A stretch of 64,000 bases of DNA, taken from Octopus sinensis. Taxonomy: Eukaryota. Shown here piece by piece: positions 14,361 through 27,571 of this stretch. The DNA lies in contig NC_043019.1 of NCBI RefSeq assembly GCF_006345805.1, positions 31,619,360 to 31,683,359 of the forward strand. Direction: 5' to 3'. The position numbers and the translations under genes are program-made. A model generated the notes under the pieces. That model saw nothing but the letters and a program-made list of their open reading frames with translations, did not search any database and was not told the DNA's origin. The first letter of the stretch is position 1; every line of letters starts with the position of its first letter.

Positions 14361-14633
14361 GTATGTTTGTGTGTCTAGTGTTTGTCACCCCACCATCGCT
14401 TCACAACCAACGTTGATGTGTTTATATCCCCATAACTTAGTGGTTCAGCAAGATCAATAGAATAAGTACTAGGCTTACAAAGAATAAGTCCTGGGGTCAA
14501 TTTCTTCAACTAAAGGTGGTGCTCCAGCATGGCTACAATCAAATGACTAAATCAAGTAAAAGAATGTGTAACATATGGTACAATTATAAACAGGGCAAAT
14601 TTTAGCCATTTCTCAGCAGACAGAAAAAATTAT

Positions 14634-14685
14634 GAACAACCTTAATCGATTTTCGAGCCATATTGGGTTATCATCAGAGGTGTCT
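14634..14685 (-). ncRNA. Minimal type I hammerhead-ribozyme-like motif (Penelope type)
   Basis: Minus strand GACACCT-CTGATGA-T-AACCCAATATGGCTC-GAAA-A-TCGA-T-TA-AGGTTGTT: intact core, stem I ACCT/AGGT, palindromic TCGA loop III, UUA triplet; stem II has two mismatches. Confidence 0.7.
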
Positions 14686-14941
14686 ACATCATTATGACAG
14701 TCTCCAGACAAACAGATAATTTTGCTTATTTCAGTCATTTGACTGCAGCTCCCTTAAAGAGATTTTTAGTCAAAGAAATCAATCCCAGGACTTATATTTT
14801 TTTAAAGCCTTTTACCTATTCTATTGGTCTCTTTTTGCTGAACTGCTAGATTACAGGGATTTAAGTACACCAATACTGGTTGTCAAGCAGTAATGGTGGG
14901 GAACAAACATAGACACAAAGGCACACACACATGGATATAAA

Positions 14942-15005
<64 letters not shown>

Positions 15006-15737
15006 GATTATATCAATTCCAGTGCCACCTGACTGGCTCTCATGCCGGTGGCACATAAAAGCACCCAGTACACTCTCAGAGTAGTTCATGTTAGGAAGGG
15101 CATCCAACTGTAGAAACCTTGCCAGAGCAGACTGGAGCCTGGTGCAGCCTCCAAGCTTGCCAGTTCTCAGTCAAACTATCCAACCTGGAAAGTGGACATT
15201 AAACAATGATGATGATGATGATGATGATGATAATGGGCTTCTTTCAGTTTCCATCTCCTAAATCCACTTACCATGCTTTGGTTGGCCCAAGATACTTGTC
15301 CAACATACCATGCAGTGGGACTGAACCCAGGACCATGTGGTTGTAAAGCAAACTTGTTAACTACACATATATTTCTAGAGTCTATACAGGGATAGTTAAA
15401 CTTCAGTAGTTCCTGCTTAGTATCCACCAAACTAATCAACCTGTCAGTATTTCAACAAAATTCAGCTAATGTTAAAGCAACATAGAAGCTAATTATTTTT
15501 TGATGAGCATGTCAAGAGGGCAGACAAGCAGAGAGAGACAGAGGGGTGGAGAGTGAGAGGGAGAGACACACTGAAAATTATAATAGTTATTAAGATTAAT
15601 TTTCTTTTGCTGTCATTATTTGAATTTCTATAGTAGTAGTAGTAGTAGTAGTTGTTGTAGTAGTAGTAGTAGTGGGAGATGATAGTGGTGGCAGTGATAG
15701 TGATGATAGTAGTGGTGGTGGTAGCAGCAGCAGCAGT

Positions 15738-15793
<56 letters not shown>

Positions 15794-15989
15794 TAGTAGT
15801 AGTAGTTTTTGTTGCTTTTGTTGTCATTGTTGATTTTCTTTTATTTCCCTATTCTATAAAATAAGGACTTTGTGCTTTCATCCAAGTTGGAGATGAACAC
15901 CATTCCTCCATGTATTGTCTTGAAAAATTGTTAGGATATTTTTTTTGCCCAGACTTGAACATATATGTGTAGAGTAACCCTGTAAATGT

Positions 15990-16345
15990 ATGTCCATCCA
16001 TATTCTCTTCCCACTATTCTCTATAGGGTCCTATCAGAAGCAACCATCACTAGACATTCTGGTTGGATTCCCAAGCATGAACAACAGAGCCTATAGATAT
16101 TATCCAACCATTTCGTTCTTGGTCTGCCCCTAGGTCTCCTGTCAGATGGCTTAACTTAAAGAATCCACTGTGTGATTTTTTTGTCTAACATTCTAATCAC
16201 ATGTCCGTAGTACCAGAGCAATGATGTCTGAATGCAGGGAAGCAGTGGCCCAACACGGTCAGGCTTTCTGATCTCTGTGCTATGCACTCTGCCAAGAAAC
16301 ATTACACTAGAATCCTTTGGACAAACTCCATTTCGATTACTTATA
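15990..16345 (-). mobile_element. Second, different RTE-type LINE 3' fragment
   Basis: LLWYYGHVIRMLDKKITQWIL*VKPSDRRPRGRPRTKWLDNI. Confidence 0.75.
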
Positions 16346-16399
16346 CTTGCTCTCATACCCTTTCAGTCATTGCCCAATGTTCATGATGATAGATCTTTG

Positions 16400-16690
16400 T
16401 ACAAGGCGAATGGAGTGTGGTGGTATGGGCATGTGTCGAGGAGGGATGAGGAGCATGTTCTGAGGAGGGTGCTACAGTTTGGGGTAAATGGACAGCGAAA
16501 GCGAGGTAGACCAAGGAAAATGTGGAGGGAGTAGGTGGAGGAGGAGATTGGGAGGGTTGGCTTGAGAAGGGTGGATGTCCAAAACAGAGCAAGTTGGCAA
16601 GATGGCATGAGGGTAGTTGCTATGGCATTGAGGTAGATCCAGCCACCACCGTTAATGGAGACACAACCCAGATTCAAAACACTGGATGAT
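16400..16690 (+). mobile_element. RTE-clade LINE 3' fragment with (GAT)n tail (to ~16812)
   Basis: WYGHVSRRDEEHVLRRVLQFGVNGQRKRGRPRKMWRE. Confidence 0.85.
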
Positions 16691-19000
16691 GGTGATGATG
16701 ATGATGATGATGGTGATGGTGATGGTGATGATGGTGATGATGATGATGATGGTGATGGTGATGATTATGATGATGATAGTTATGGTGATGATGATGATGA
16801 TGATGATGATATTAATAAATAAATACAACAAATGTTTAAAACATATGGAAAAGGAATAAATAATTGTTTTGTTAGAAAATTCTCTGATTATAAAATGTTG
16901 TAGAAAATGGTTATTTTTTCACTGAATCTAAGACATGAATTTGCTACTAAGTAAGGAAGCAGTAAAAGAACAACGATTTTTGATAGATCTGTATTAAATG
17001 CACTCAAAGAAAAATAGAGGATGTGCAAGAGAGAATATGAAGTGTTGCCTAATTCTTGACGAGATTCTTCAGACTAGAAACAAAGCCATGTTTCTTCTAT
17101 ACTCTTCTTCTAATGTTCAAAATTTTATGGAGAAAACTTTGGATAACAAAGCATTCCAGAAGAGAATAATCAATGTATTGAAGATTGCCAGAAGGAGGAG
17201 AAGAAAAATAAACTTCTGGAATTTTTTTGAAGAAAAGCAAAAAAGAAGAAGAAAACAGAAAAAAACAGCTAAAGTTTTGTTCAAAGGAAGAAAATAATAT
17301 TAATTGACAAAAACATCCAACAAAGAACATTTGAATGAGATAAAATAGTATAACCTAAAGAGAATGTTAGCATGTTTTCTTTTAAATACATGATCATTAC
17401 TTTTCATGATATCTTTCTCTCACCCTTCTTATCTCTCCCTCCCTCTTTCTCTCTCTCTCTCTCTGGTCTCCCTCCCTCTCTTCCTACTAGATTTAGTGAA
17501 GTCTTTTGGAAATTTCGTCCTTGATGTAGGATTTAAATCCAGTGTGCAAACTCACCAAACATGTCCGCCGACTTAACACTTCCCCTGAACTTGCTGGCCT
17601 TGTACCAAAATTTGAAACTATTATTTATTCACCTTTACACGTGTTTCATTTGCTAATAGGTGTTACAAAATTGTTCGTGTTAGATAAACTTGTACGAAAT
17701 TTCTTATTAGAAATTCTTCAAACAGAGAATCAAATAAATCAAAATGCTATCCAGATCAAGTGACCACATAGAGGTTTCTTCATAGTTTTCAGATCACATA
17801 AACATCTGTTCTAGAATTAGACAGTTGGAGTGGAACAATAACCGCAAAAGAAATATGTCTTTATCAAGTACACAGTACAGACCTTTTGACTCGTAGACCA
17901 GTAGTTTGTTCTGTTAACCAGCTCCAAATGTACACAAAGAGAATGATAGATTCAAATTAGAGCCATAAGATCACATGGAACAAATATTGTTGATCACAAG
18001 AATATGAACATATTGAATAATAGCAATGAAGTTAATGGCAAAAAATTGATATATTTATTTCCGATTCTTGTTGCGTCTTTGTCATGGTGGATCTATAATT
18101 GATCATTTCCTGGTGATATTTCTCTCTTCTTTTAGAATTATTCCATTTATGCATAGTTTTAAGTTCTTTCCACGGTTTTATTGATCTTACTTGTATGTTC
18201 TACACAATGGGAACGGTAATCCGCTGCCGGCTTGCTTCTCTGCTAATGAGACTGCTTTTGTTGATCTAGACTGTCATATTACCAGATATCTTTCCATAGG
18301 TGGTGGTAGTAGTAGTAGTAGTAGTAGATGTAGTAGTAGTAATGATGATGATAATAATAATAATAATAATAATTACAGCAAAAAATTCTTCAAACTCAAA
18401 AATCTGCTTGAAGGGATTCTCCATTTATTTTGATGTCCCTCTACAAATCTTCTGAATATAATTGGTGCAGTAATATTGTAAAAATGAATAATTTTGCAGT
18501 AATTGATTGTTATTGATCTGTCCTTTTTTTTTCTTTTTTTTTTTCTTTCTGTTTTTGGTTACAAATCAGTTTTTCAAAGAACTAACAAAGTTACAACTTA
18601 CTATTACAACTTATTGCTGCTAATACATTTTTTTTTCAGAGAAAACATGTAATATGTAGCATTTAATAACAGTGTTATTAGTTCCTACCTTTGAATGAGG
18701 CACCACCTTAAAAGATTTAGTCCAGGCCTGACCAACTCAAATTACATTGTGGGCCACTTAATTCACTGAAAGTTTTTTGAGAGCTGCTTGTATACTTTAT
18801 GCACTAATGGTCAAATAATCAAATTACAGAACCAAAAATTTTTCATATTTTTCGTTTGTTTAAAATTATAAAATGTAGGCTATTTCTCTATTTACATTTA
18901 TAAATTTTAAATTTATTTTGAAACAAATGTTTTACACAAACAATTTAATTTTGAAATTACACACAATAAAGGGGTCATCCATTTCAAGAAAGTATCAAGT

Positions 19001-19090
19001 GGGCTGCAAGATAAAAAGGTCAGCAGGCTGCAAGATAAGGTCTGCAGGCTGCAAGATAAAAGGTCTGTGGGCCTGCAAGATAAAAGTCAG
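19001..19090. repeat. Minisatellite, 4 x ~22-24 bp
   Basis: gctgcaagataaaa(g)gtc repeated four times. Confidence 0.9.
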
Positions 19091-19484
19091 CCCTGGTTTA
19101 GTCACACAACCAAACCTCAGGACTTATCTGTTTTTAAGTCTGGTACTTATTTTGTTGACTTTTTTTGCCAAATCCATACTAGCATGGATGTTAAATGATG
19201 ATTATGATGATGATGATGCTCCCTCTCTATATATATATGTGTGTATGTGTGTGTGTGTATGTGTATTTTTTATCTTTTACTTGTTTTAGTTATTAGAGTA
19301 CAGCCATCCTGGGGCACTTCCTTGAAGGGTTTAATTGAACAAATTGACCCCAGTGCTTATTCTTTTGGTCTTTTTTGACAAACTGCTAAGTTATGAAGAC
19401 ATAAACAAACCCACACCAGTTGTCAAGCAGTGGTGGGGAACAAATACACCGACAAATATAAATATACATGTGTGTGTGTATACA

Positions 19485-19530
<46 letters not shown>

Positions 19531-21341
19531 TACTGAAAGAGATACTAAGTTTCATGCTATTAAGATACTTGAATAGGTATATTTATAAAATATGCCATGT
19601 ATACACACACACACACACACACACATAATCATAATCATTGTTTAATGTCTGCTTTTCATGCTGGCATGGATTGAATGGTTTTACTGAGGAGTAGCAAGCC
19701 AGGAGGCTGCACCAGGCTCTAATCTGATCTGGCAAGGTTTCTATAGCTGGATGCCCTTCCTAACACCAACCACTCCGAGAGTGTAGTGGGTGCTTTTTAT
19801 GTACCACCAGCATGAGGGCCAGTCAGGTAGTACTGGCATCAACCACGCTCAAATGGTGCTTTTTATTAGCCACCAGCACGGGAGCCAGTCAGGTGGTACT
19901 GGCTGTCCAGCATAGTCACTCGCAAAGCATAAGTTGGTCCAGGGCTATAGTAGAAGACACTTGGTCAAGGTACCACACAGTGGGACTGAACCTGAAACCA
20001 CATGTTTGCAAAGTGACGTTCTTAACCACACAGCCATGCCTGTACCTAAAGGGAGGTTTGGTGAGCTAGTGTTTAGTGTGTCAAGCTTATGATCATTAGG
20101 TAAAGGACAATTAAGGTATTGTAAATATGTTCATAATAATCTGATTTTTATTATATAATAGTCTGCACTTGGTTTTTATTATTTATGTTAGTATTCACAT
20201 TCGTTATACTCTGTAAAATGGTTGGCATTAGGAAGGGTGTCCAGTCACAGAAACCATGCCAAAACAGACATGGAACCTGGTCTTCACTTGGCCAGTTCCT
20301 GTAAAACTGTCCCAACCTGTGCTGGCATGGAAAATGGATGTTAAATGATGATGATGATGATGATGATGAACTTAATGCTCTGTTTAAAACAAATCTTTTA
20401 TAATCAATGAATAATTAAGAATTTATCATGTATATGTTAATTAGGTTGATTTACTATGTAATTATTCAGATAATTAAGTAAATACTAGTTGAATGGGCTA
20501 TAGGCCACATAGTCCATTGTGTCCTTGAGCTAGACTCTTACTTCACATTCCTTCCGTCATCTCAACTGAAAATATATACTATCATCTGTAGCTGGAGATT
20601 GATCCTGTGACAGACTGGCAACCAGTTCAGTAGGTGTGGGGAGCCTTGTATTTCCCTTGTACAACTCAGAAACTCAGAAAAGCTTTGAGCTTGTGGGTCC
20701 AAGGTAAAATAAGAGAGAAAGAAAATTCTTTGAACTTAACTCTGTCAAACCTGGGCCCCTGTGTCTAAACTTTACCCTCCATCTGGGCTCCTGAGCAAAA
20801 ATTTTTAAAAAATAGTTGCATGTACAGCTCAAGGGAAACAATTGCAGGCAAAACTAATGAAGAGAATGACAGAAAAATTCAGGAGAATAACAATAATGGG
20901 CCTATCTTTCAACTACTGTATTTGTTCATTGCAGGCAAACCAATGGACAGAATCACAAAAAAAAAGAACAATATTCAGGAGAATAACAGTAATAGGCATA
21001 TCTCTCAACTACTATATTTGTTCACCCAAATCGCTAATTTCTTCGTCTCTTTCACCAGTTTGACTGTTTACATCACTCTCATTGTCTGTGTAAGGGTAAA
21101 CTCTTTGTCCAAAGAATAAATATCATCAGTAATTTCCTCAAGAGTAAAGAGTCTAGGCCATGCTTGTTTACCAGACGAAGAGCTGAGTTCATTACATGCT
21201 CATTTCATTGCAAAAATATGTTTTTCTTTCCAATTAAAAACAAAAGTAAACAGCCATGGGGAATGTCATTAACAAATGAGTCGTAAACACATTCTTCTAC
21301 AAGGCTGCAAAATGATCATTTGTCAATTTTCGGTATTTATC

Positions 21342-22306
21342 TTTGTTACCTTTGCCAAAGAAGGAGGTTATGTTTTCATCGGCGTTGGTTTGTCTGTCTG
21401 TCCGACGGTATGCAAAATAATTCACAAAGTTGTGAATGGTATTTGATGAAACTTGCAGGAAAAGTTGGTAATGACACAAGGAACAGATGATGAAATTTTG
21501 GTAGTGATCTGGGAATTATTATGGATTCTTGAAGGATTTCTCATTTATTATATTTACTTTACATGAAGTATTACAATGTTATGTTCTTTGATTATCTCCC
21601 TTGAAAACATGTTCATCGTTTCCACGTAACCTATGGTGGTGTTGCTGTTTCCAAAGTTTTATTTTCGTTTCTCTATTAGTAATTTTACTCGCATATCTAT
21701 GGACTCTTGAGGGATGATTGATACCATACTGACCACAGAGGGATGTAAAGTATGTAGGTAGGTTTAGTTTCGTAAGTAGAGAGATACCTCTTTTATCTTT
21801 GCCAAGGAACCATCTGACCATCGTCCTTGGTGATTTCAACATGGATCTCCTTGATTCCCCTAACCATGAGATCTTGACAACTGTGAACCAGTTTGGGTTC
21901 GACCAACTAGTCCAAAAACCCACCACAGACTATGGAAGCCTGCTAGATCATGTTTACATGAAACAGGATCGGTGTCCACAAGTCACCGTAGCTGACTGTT
22001 ACTTTTCTGACCATGATGTTGTGTGTGTATCACTCAAGTTTTAGGTAATTTTTGTTTCTTTTTAGTGGTGTGGTGAAACTAGCTTGCTGTTGTCATTGCT
22101 GTATTATAACTGCTTCAGATGATACCTGTTTTTAAAGTGTTTTTTTAAAAATCATATGGCTGTGTTATATTTTTTTTCAACCCTGCCAAGGAGGTTATGT
22201 TTTTGCTGGCGTTGGTTTGGGAAATTGGGCGATTTTCAGCATGCGTGTATATGGGTGGAAATGAGCTGCTTGGCAGAAGTCTGCGCTCTCCGAGTGCTTT
22301 ACTAGT
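21342..22306 (+). mobile_element. Helentron/HINE (DINE-1-like) remnant with captured endonuclease C-terminus
   Basis: 5' ends tt(g)ttacc...gccaaggaggttatgtttt at ~21345 and ~22180, with a gtctgtctgtc microsatellite. 3' subterminal ttggcagaagt + hairpin gcgctc-tcc-gagtgc + T-tract at 22270-22310. Confidence 0.75.
21799..22044 (+). pseudogene. APE/EEP-family endonuclease C-terminal fragment, Helentron type
   Basis: IVLGDFNMDL...PTTDYGSLLDHVY...YFSDHDVV then stop. GDFN, DH and SDH motifs are present with no downstream RT, unlike a LINE. Confidence 0.8.
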
Positions 22307-25300
22307 TTTTATGTGTGTTGTTGATTACTGCTTTAATGAGAGTCCAGGTGAGACTACATTTAGGCTATTCCTGCTATTCTGGAAACAAGGTGTGATAGGG
22401 TTGAAACCTGTTACCAGAGTTACAAGTTCTTGAATCCAAATCAATATGTTCACTTCAATGTCTCTCTGTAACTCTTTTTCATTTTTTCTTTCCAAATAAA
22501 ACTGGACTAGTGGCATTGTAAAACAAAAACAAAAACAAAACCATTTAATTGCATCATTTTTTTTCTACAATTATTTTTAATTATTATTGAAAGTGAATCT
22601 AAAAATGGAATTGCCACTCAAAAATGGAGTAGGAAGAAGTTAAGTTTAATGTTTCAGGTAAGAGCTTCAGTTGGAGATTGGAGTTTTTCAAGAAATTTAT
22701 GGCATCATCTGCTGTACTTTCAAAACCCAGCCAAAGACTCAGTGGAACTTGTTAGTGCTATGTCTACCTACAAATTTGTGCCCCAGTACATGGGTCAAAG
22801 AAATATAGACATTATGCAGATACATAGCTTGTTATTTGTGTTAAGACAGTGGTTAACACAGCACTAATGGGAGTTAGAAAGTGGCCAAGAGGGAACCATA
22901 ATGGGCTTGCAAATTCTTTGTAACACCCAGAGTTATACTGGAACTGACCCCAGTTGAGATAAAGGATATGATATAAAGCAAAATGCTTTATTGCTGCATT
23001 TGTCATAAGAAACATTTCAGAACCTCTTACTCCAAAACACTATAAAATGAGAGAGAAAATATCAGTGACCAGCTGAAACAGAAACAAGAACAACAGGCCT
23101 TAGAATTTCAGAACAATATCAGTCAAAAATTCTAGGAATAACAAGAGAAATTGCCTTCTTCCCAGTAATGGAAACAAATGAACAAACACTTTATCTTCCT
23201 AGCTGTGGTAACCAGTAGCACCATGAAAAGAAAGGAGAAATAATTATTAAAGAAATTGTACAGACAGCCCAACAAAATGCTAAAGGAGAAAAAAAGAAAC
23301 TCATTCTCAGGAAGTCAATATTTCTACAAAACAAACGATGCTCTTCCCGAAGAGAAGAACAAAGAATTGAGATTCGTTGTCCATCTAAAATGAAACAGAC
23401 AGCTTATAAATAAAATAACACTTCTGTAGTCACACAAATATGCCAGTAAATTAATAACAGCACTGATACACTACTGTTTGGAATATAGACAACATGCAAA
23501 AGATAGATTGTTAATAAAAACAAAACAAAAACACTATAAGGAAGTAAAACAGCCTTACTCTGAAGATATGCAAAATGCAAAAAAATTGATAACTGATGCT
23601 TTTGGGGTGTGCAAGATGGCAATACAATTAATAACAGGCAGGTAGAGATATAGGGTCCTTTAACCTAACCTAGCCAAACATTTTTGTTGTTTATTTGTTT
23701 TAATTATTATACTTTATTATTTTTTTATTTATTTATATACAAATATTTGTGAATTTTAATTCATTTTTTTAAATATTTTATAATTTCTTTCAACCCTCTT
23801 CTTATCTTTGTAAAAATTATACACCCGTAGACCACGTTTGTTTTACTTTCTACACTTTCTTATTTCTTATTTCTTTATTGCCCACAAGGGGCTAAACATA
23901 GAGGAGACAAACAAGGACAAACAAAAGGATTAAGCCGATTACATCGATCCCAGTGCATAACTGGTACTTAATTTATCATACCCAAAAGGGTGAAAGGCAA
24001 AGTCGACCTTGGCGGAATTTGAACTCAGAACATAACAGCAGACGAAATACCACTAAGCATTTCGCCTAGCGTGCTAATGTTTCTGCCACCTCGCCGCCTT
24101 CGTATATTTTGTACACTTTCTGGTTAATGACTTATAATATGATCATGTATCTCTTCAAGTCCTTCTAGCTAATAAATAGTATTATTGTTGTTGTTGTTGT
24201 TGTTACTATTATCATTATTATTTCAGGAAGCTTATATTCATTTTTGTATAATCATTGTGTCACTGAATACATCTTTTTATGTCTTAGATACATGTCATAG
24301 CTTTGTATTCTCTGCTCCATGTACGGCGCATTTTTTTTTTGTCTAAGATTTTAATTATGTATTCGAGTGCATGAATCTTTGCAAGCACACTTATTATTAC
24401 AGCGATTGTTTGTATTTTCAATCTTTACATTTTGTTTGTCTTTTCCCAGATATCATCATCATCATCATCATCATCATCATTATATTTACTTATTAATCAC
24501 TAATTAATTACTCTGGATCAAGGTGCCTGTCCTAATAGAACTTCTTGTGATCTCATCAAAGCATAAGTTTGTTCACTGCCTTTTATTATTACAGTTGATA
24601 CATAAGGAGGTGAGCTGGTAGAGTCTTCAGCATATCAGACAAAATATTTAATGGTATTTCTTCTGGCTCATTGCTTTCTGGGTTCAAATTCTGCCAGGGT
24701 CGACTTTGCCTTTCATCCTTTTGGGGATCAATGAAATAACTACCAACTGAACACTGGGGTCGATGTAATCAACCAGCTCCCTCACACAAAATTCCAGGAA
24801 TTGTGTTTATAGTAGAGAGGGTTATTGCAGTTGTTATGAGACAGCAAGTTGGTAGAATCATTTGCCTACCAGACAAAATGCTTAGTGGCATTTTATTCTG
24901 GTTGTTTATGCTCTGAGTTAAAATACCACCAAGACTGACTTGAGGTTAATAAGATAAATATCAATTTAGCATGTTCCTGTCCCCTCAAAATTTCTAGCCT
25001 TGTGCCAAAGTTAGAAAGAATTAGTACACGTGAAGTTTTTTTTTTTATTAAACTTAGCAGTTTGTAAAAAGATACCAAAAAAGTAAGTAGCAGACTTTTG
25101 AAAATTTATAAGTATTAGTGTTGATTTTTTTTGTCCAAACTCTTTAAGTTGGTGCCCCAAGCATGGCCATGGTCCAATGACTGAAGCAAGTAAACTGTAA
25201 ATGGTCTCACAAATATTATTGGCCACAACCAAAAGGAAACATATCTGGAGAGCAACAAGCCTCTATCTCAGGGTCTATTGCACCTGATCATGGTGTTGCC

Positions 25301-25334
25301 TACTTTGAAGATATAAGGACTAACTCAAGCCAAC

Positions 25335-25950
25335 TCAAGACTGAAAGCCACAGGAATTGAGCTTAAATTGTTTGAAGCATGAGACTGTACCATCAACATT
25401 GGTATTCCATCAGCATTGGAACCAAAATCTTCAAAGCTACCAGAAAAGAAAAGGAAGAAATCAACTGACAGGAGAGAAAGGCATGACAAAATCAACCTCA
25501 TCCTCCACCAATGCTACCATACAGTCAATGCCATCGGTTCTTCTATGCAAGAATTGGTCTACAGAATCATCAATGCCATCATCATTAAGGAAGCATTCAG
25601 CAAAGAAGTAAATAATTTCTCAGATACAAGATAAAGCCAAAAGCGACCCTGAAAGTCACTAGACTTGAACTTAAATCATTTCAGACACAAACCTGAGACT
25701 GTACCAAGCGGTAGTGTTCCATCAACATCAGAACCAAAAACTTTGAAGCCACCAGAAGAGAAAGGGAAAAATCATGCGACAGGAGAGAAAGGCTCAACAA
25801 AATCAACCTCCTCTTCCACCAACATTACCATGCAGTCAATGCCATCTCAACATTTCTATGCAAGAATTGGAACCACAGATTCATCAACGCCATGACCATT
25901 AAAGAAGCATTCAGAAAAGAAGTAAATAATTTCTCAGATACAAGACGAAG
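25335..25950 (+). repeat. Old tandem duplication, ~305-bp period
   Basis: Both copies share ctgagactgtacca, gacaggagagaaagg, cagtcaatgccatc and aagaagtaaataatttctcagatacaaga. Confidence 0.85.
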
Positions 25951-26119
25951 TCGGTGGTGACATTTTTGTCACCTTACTTCACTTAATGATTCTATGACAA
26001 CATCAGCTCCTCTGTCCTCAGTCCAGTTATCTCTCCATCTCTCTTAAATCTGCCCTTGCCACTAAGACCAATCCTTTCTCACCAGAACATTAAACCTTTG
26101 GAATTCTCTCTAAAATGTA

Positions 26120-26337
26120 TATGAGGGGGTGCTGAAAAGTTCCTGGCTTTGGGTAAAATAAAAATACAGGAGGATCTGTTAATTATGATTTTATTCAACA
26201 TATTCCCCTCTCAGATTCACAATCATTGCAGTGGTCCTTCAGCTTTTCCAAGCCCTGTAAAAGAACTTGGAAGGTTGGGCCTCCAGCCAAGCCTTTTACA
26301 ATACCCTTAAAGCCAGGAACTTTTCAGCACCTCTTGT
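26120..26337. mobile_element. Mariner-type MITE copy 1
   Basis: TIRs GGTGCTGAAAAGTTCCTGGCTTT / AAAGCCAGGAACTTTTCAGCACC; TA at left end. Confidence 0.85.
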
Positions 26338-26617
26338 GTGTGTGTGTATATATATATATATATGGAGTGGTTGGCGTTAGGAAGGGCATCCAGCCGTAGA
26401 AACATTGCCAGATCAAACTGGGCCTGGTGCAGCCTTCTGGCTCCCCAGGCCCCAGTTGAACCGTCCAACCCATGCTAGCATGGAAAGCGGACGCTAAACA
26501 ATGATGATGATGATGATGATGATATATACACACATGGCATGGGTTGAGCAGTTTGATCAGAGCTGGTAAGCTGGGGAGTTGTGCCAGACTCCATGTGTAT
26601 GTGTGTGTGTGTGTGTG

Positions 26618-26832
26618 TACAAGGAGGTGCTGAAAAATTCCTGGATTTGTAAAAGAAAATATAGGAGGATCAGTAAATTATGATTTTATTAAACATATTC
26701 CCCTCTCAGATTCACACACTGCAATGGTCCTTCAATTGTTCTAAGCCCTGTAAAAGAACTAGGAAAACTGGGCTTTTAGCCTGGCATTTCGCAATACCCT
26801 TAAAGCCAGAAACTTTTCAGCACCCCTTTGTA
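26618..26832. mobile_element. Mariner-type MITE copy 2, same family and orientation
   Basis: TACAAGGAGGTGCTGAAAA ... TTTTCAGCACCCCTTTGTA; internal sequence aligns with copy 1. Confidence 0.85.
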
Positions 26833-27538
26833 AGTTTCCAAAATACATTGACATACAACTGTTGAAGTTTAACATCAAACACAATGAGCTCACAGACCGC
26901 AAAGAGTCTGCAAATGCCATCAGTACAGTGTCTTTCACTAAGTTAAAGCCATTAAGCAAAAGAAACAGATATTTAGCATCCAAATGGGAATCCATTAATG
27001 TATATCATTTTTGTTATGCCTCAATTATGGGAGAAGAGAAGCACAAGGGAGGATCTCTGACGCTGATGGCAAAGAACGATGAGAGGACAGTGGGAGATAA
27101 TGACCTAAGCATTACTGCCGTGTGCTGTGTGTTTGTGTGTCAAAGATAAACTCATTTGACCAACCAGTTGGTGGTTCATTACCTGGACAAATGGGTTGTC
27201 ACAGATAAAAAAGGAAGAGATAAAAGAAGTTCCCGCATTGCAGATAGCATACATGATCAATGTATAGTGTTTCTGTGTGTGTGTAAATATATATATACAT
27301 GCATATATATATGTATGTATATGTATATATATGTGTGTGTGTGTGTATACACACACACACATATATATATATATATGTATAAATCATAAACATTATATAT
27401 ATATATATATATATATTATATCATTATATAATTCAGCATCCACATACATGCATAATTTATATATATTTTTACATGTGTGTATATATATACATACATACAT
27501 CTTAGATAGGTAGATATGAATATGCATGTGTATGATAT

Positions 27539-27571
<33 letters not shown>

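Noticed and set aside
22645-22663. CAG|GTAAGA possible recursive splice point
   Set aside because: Short pyrimidine tract, and about one such 8-mer is expected by chance in 64 kb of this composition.
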